From Azolla caroliniana (lineage: Eukaryota; Plantae; Polypodiophyta): DNA of 64,000 bases. The stretch lies in the NCBI GenBank assembly GCA_043228905.1, contig JBHGNT010000014.1, positions 18,724,001-18,788,000 of the forward strand, read 5' to 3'. Below, one piece after another: positions 62,045-64,000 of the stretch (its first letter is position 1; each line of letters starts with the position of its first letter). The position numbers and the translations under genes are program-made. Under the pieces are notes generated by a model, which saw only the letters and a list, made by a program, of their open reading frames with translations, was not told where the DNA came from and did not search any database.

Positions 62045-64000
62045 ATGGCCATGTCTTCTTGTAAAGAAACACTTTTCTTATGGAATGAGTTCTTCCGAGA
62101 CCCTTCTGCGTTCTGGGATCACAGATGTTATAAGGTAAAAGCCCTAATCCACATGCTATTTAATTTTCCACTTTCGTGCTGATTCTTTTTCAATACACCC
62201 ACAATCCCTGAAAGGTATCAAAAGTTCTCTCACAGGGAAACTCAAAAGCACCGGATTTGAAGCATAAAAAGACAGGAAAGCTCTTATGGATCCATGGGTT
62301 TCAAACACCACCTTGGGTTAAAATTGAATTAAAAGAACTCAACTTATTGGATTCAACAAAGACGCATAATTTGCCGCCCAAGCTGCATGTCCAAGGTAGG
62401 ATTGATCTTCTAAACCTGATAAAAGCATGTGGAAAAGAGAAGAACATTGTGAAGGCTAGAGGTATACATACTGAGATTTTGAAGAAAAAGGAGTTTGAGA
62501 AGGATGTTTATGTGTTCACTGCCCTTCTTAGAACATATGCTCAATGTGGCTCTGTGAGAGAAGCCCAAGAAGTATTTGAACAACTTCCGGTACAAGATGT
62601 TGTTGCCTGGACTGCTTTGATTGCTGGATATGCCCAAAATGGACGTGGTTATGAAGCATTGAAATGCTTCAATCAGATGCAAGATGAAGGAATCTTGCCT
62701 GATGCTGCAACTTATGTATGTGTTTTGAAAGCTTGTGGCATCGTAAGATCTCTAGATGTCGGTGAAGATATATATGCTGAGATTAGAAGTACCGGGCTGT
62801 TGCGAAAGGATGTTGTGCTTGGGGTTGCATTGATAGATATGTATGCAAAATGTGGTGCAATTGAGAAAGCACAAGAAGTATTTGAACTACTTCCAGTAAG
62901 AAATGTTGTGTCTTGGACTGCACTTATAGCTGGATATGTCCAACATGGATTTGGCCATGAAGCTTTGAAATGCTTTGAAAAGATGCAAGAGGATGGAATC
63001 TACCCGAATTCAGTCACTTATATATGTGTTTTAAAAGCTTGTGCCATGGTAAGATGTCTAGATTTAGGGGAATGTATAGATGCAGAGGTTAGAAAGAAAG
63101 GATTATTGCTAAAAGATGGTGTGCTTGGAAATACATTGGTAGACATGTATGCGAAATGTGGTGCATTGGAGAAAGCATGTGAAGTATTTGAACAACTCCC
63201 TGAACGGAATGTTGTGTCTTGGACCGCGCTCATAGCCGGATATGTACAGCATGAGCATGGTGATGAGGCACTGGAATGCTTTGGGAAAATGATAGATGAG
63301 GGAATTTTTCCAGATGCTGTAACGTATGTCTGGGTTTTGAAAGCTTGTGGTACTGTAGGATCTCTTGAGATTGGAGAAGAAATATGTGTTGAGGTTAGGA
63401 AGAAAGGGTTATTGCCAAACGACATTGTACTTGGAAGTGCATTGGTAGACATGTATGCCAAGTGTGGCTCACTTGAGAAAGCACAAGATGTACTTGATCA
63501 GATGACTGTGAGGAATGTTATGTCATGGAATGCTCTTATGACCGGATATGCCCAAATTGGGCTTGGTGATGAGGCTCTAAAATGCTTTAGGAAGATGCAA
63601 GATGATGGAATATGGCCAGATTTGGTCACTTACATCTGCATTTTGAAAGTTTGTGGCATTTTAGGATGCCTAGATATTGGAAAAGACATAGACGTTGAGG
63701 TTAGAAGGCAAGGATTGTTGCAAAAGGATGTTGTGCTTGGTACTACATTGATTGACATGTATGCAAAATGTGGTTCACTCGAGAAAGCTCAAGAAGTATT
63801 TGAGCAACTTCCAGTGAAAAATGTTGTCTCTTGGAATGCACTCATGGCGGGGCATGCACAATTAGGTCAAGCTAACATAGTTTTGAACCTCTTTCACAAA
63901 ATGAGGGCCAAAGGTATTGTTCCAGATGTGGTGACTTTCCTTGCTATACTAACTGCTTGTAGTCATGGAGGTCTATTGAAAGAGGGAGAAAAGTGGTTTG
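62045..64000 (+). CDS. PLS-class PPR protein with an N-terminal OSB-type PDF-like motif; exons 62045-62134 and 62236 to beyond 64000 (partial)
   Basis: Frame is open from 62212 to the window end, with P-L-S triplets of 306-nt period (LIDMYAKCG, NVVSWTALIAGY, TYICVLKAC) ending in P2-L2 TFLAILTACSHGG. A GT-AG phase-0 intron at 62135-62235 links it to ATG 62045. Confidence 0.92.

Noticed and set aside
63018-63461. Minus-strand ORFs at 63018-63461 and 62410-62682
   Set aside because: Antisense shadows of the plus-strand PPR frame.
1-64000. tRNA, rRNA or conserved miRNA genes
   Set aside because: None recognised; the only tRNA-related sequences are retrotransposon PBS motifs. A by-eye search could miss divergent ones.

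Overview
Plant nuclear DNA. The PPR style, the Tcn1-like chromoviruses and an RTE-X-like LINE suggest a fern or another seed-free plant (inference). There are three host genes: a 3-exon DUF506 gene (minus, 403-2094), a plastid HAD phosphatase of the PYRP2/At4g11570 type (minus, 32290-33874), and a PLS-class PPR gene (plus, from 62045 off the right edge; missed by the ORF track). Two nested retroelement blocks fill most of the rest. Block 14.1-29.9 kb holds a copia, two Tcn1-like chromoviruses, a solo LTR and a copia/gypsy junction. Block 36.6-62 kb is an old L1 split by a solo LTR, a copia containing a gypsy, and an intact young copia, followed by an RTE-X-like LINE. Strongest leads: (1) after splicing, the PPR protein starts with a motif matching the ssDNA-binding PDF motif of organellar OSB proteins; (2) the 5' coding region of PYRP2 has four tandem copies of a unit starting at a splice-like junction, consistent with introns born by tandem duplication; (3) the chromoviruses carry a self-priming PBS and a conserved G_UUA_AAC-plus-hairpin -1 frameshift signal. 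All calls were made by eye, without alignments or database searches.
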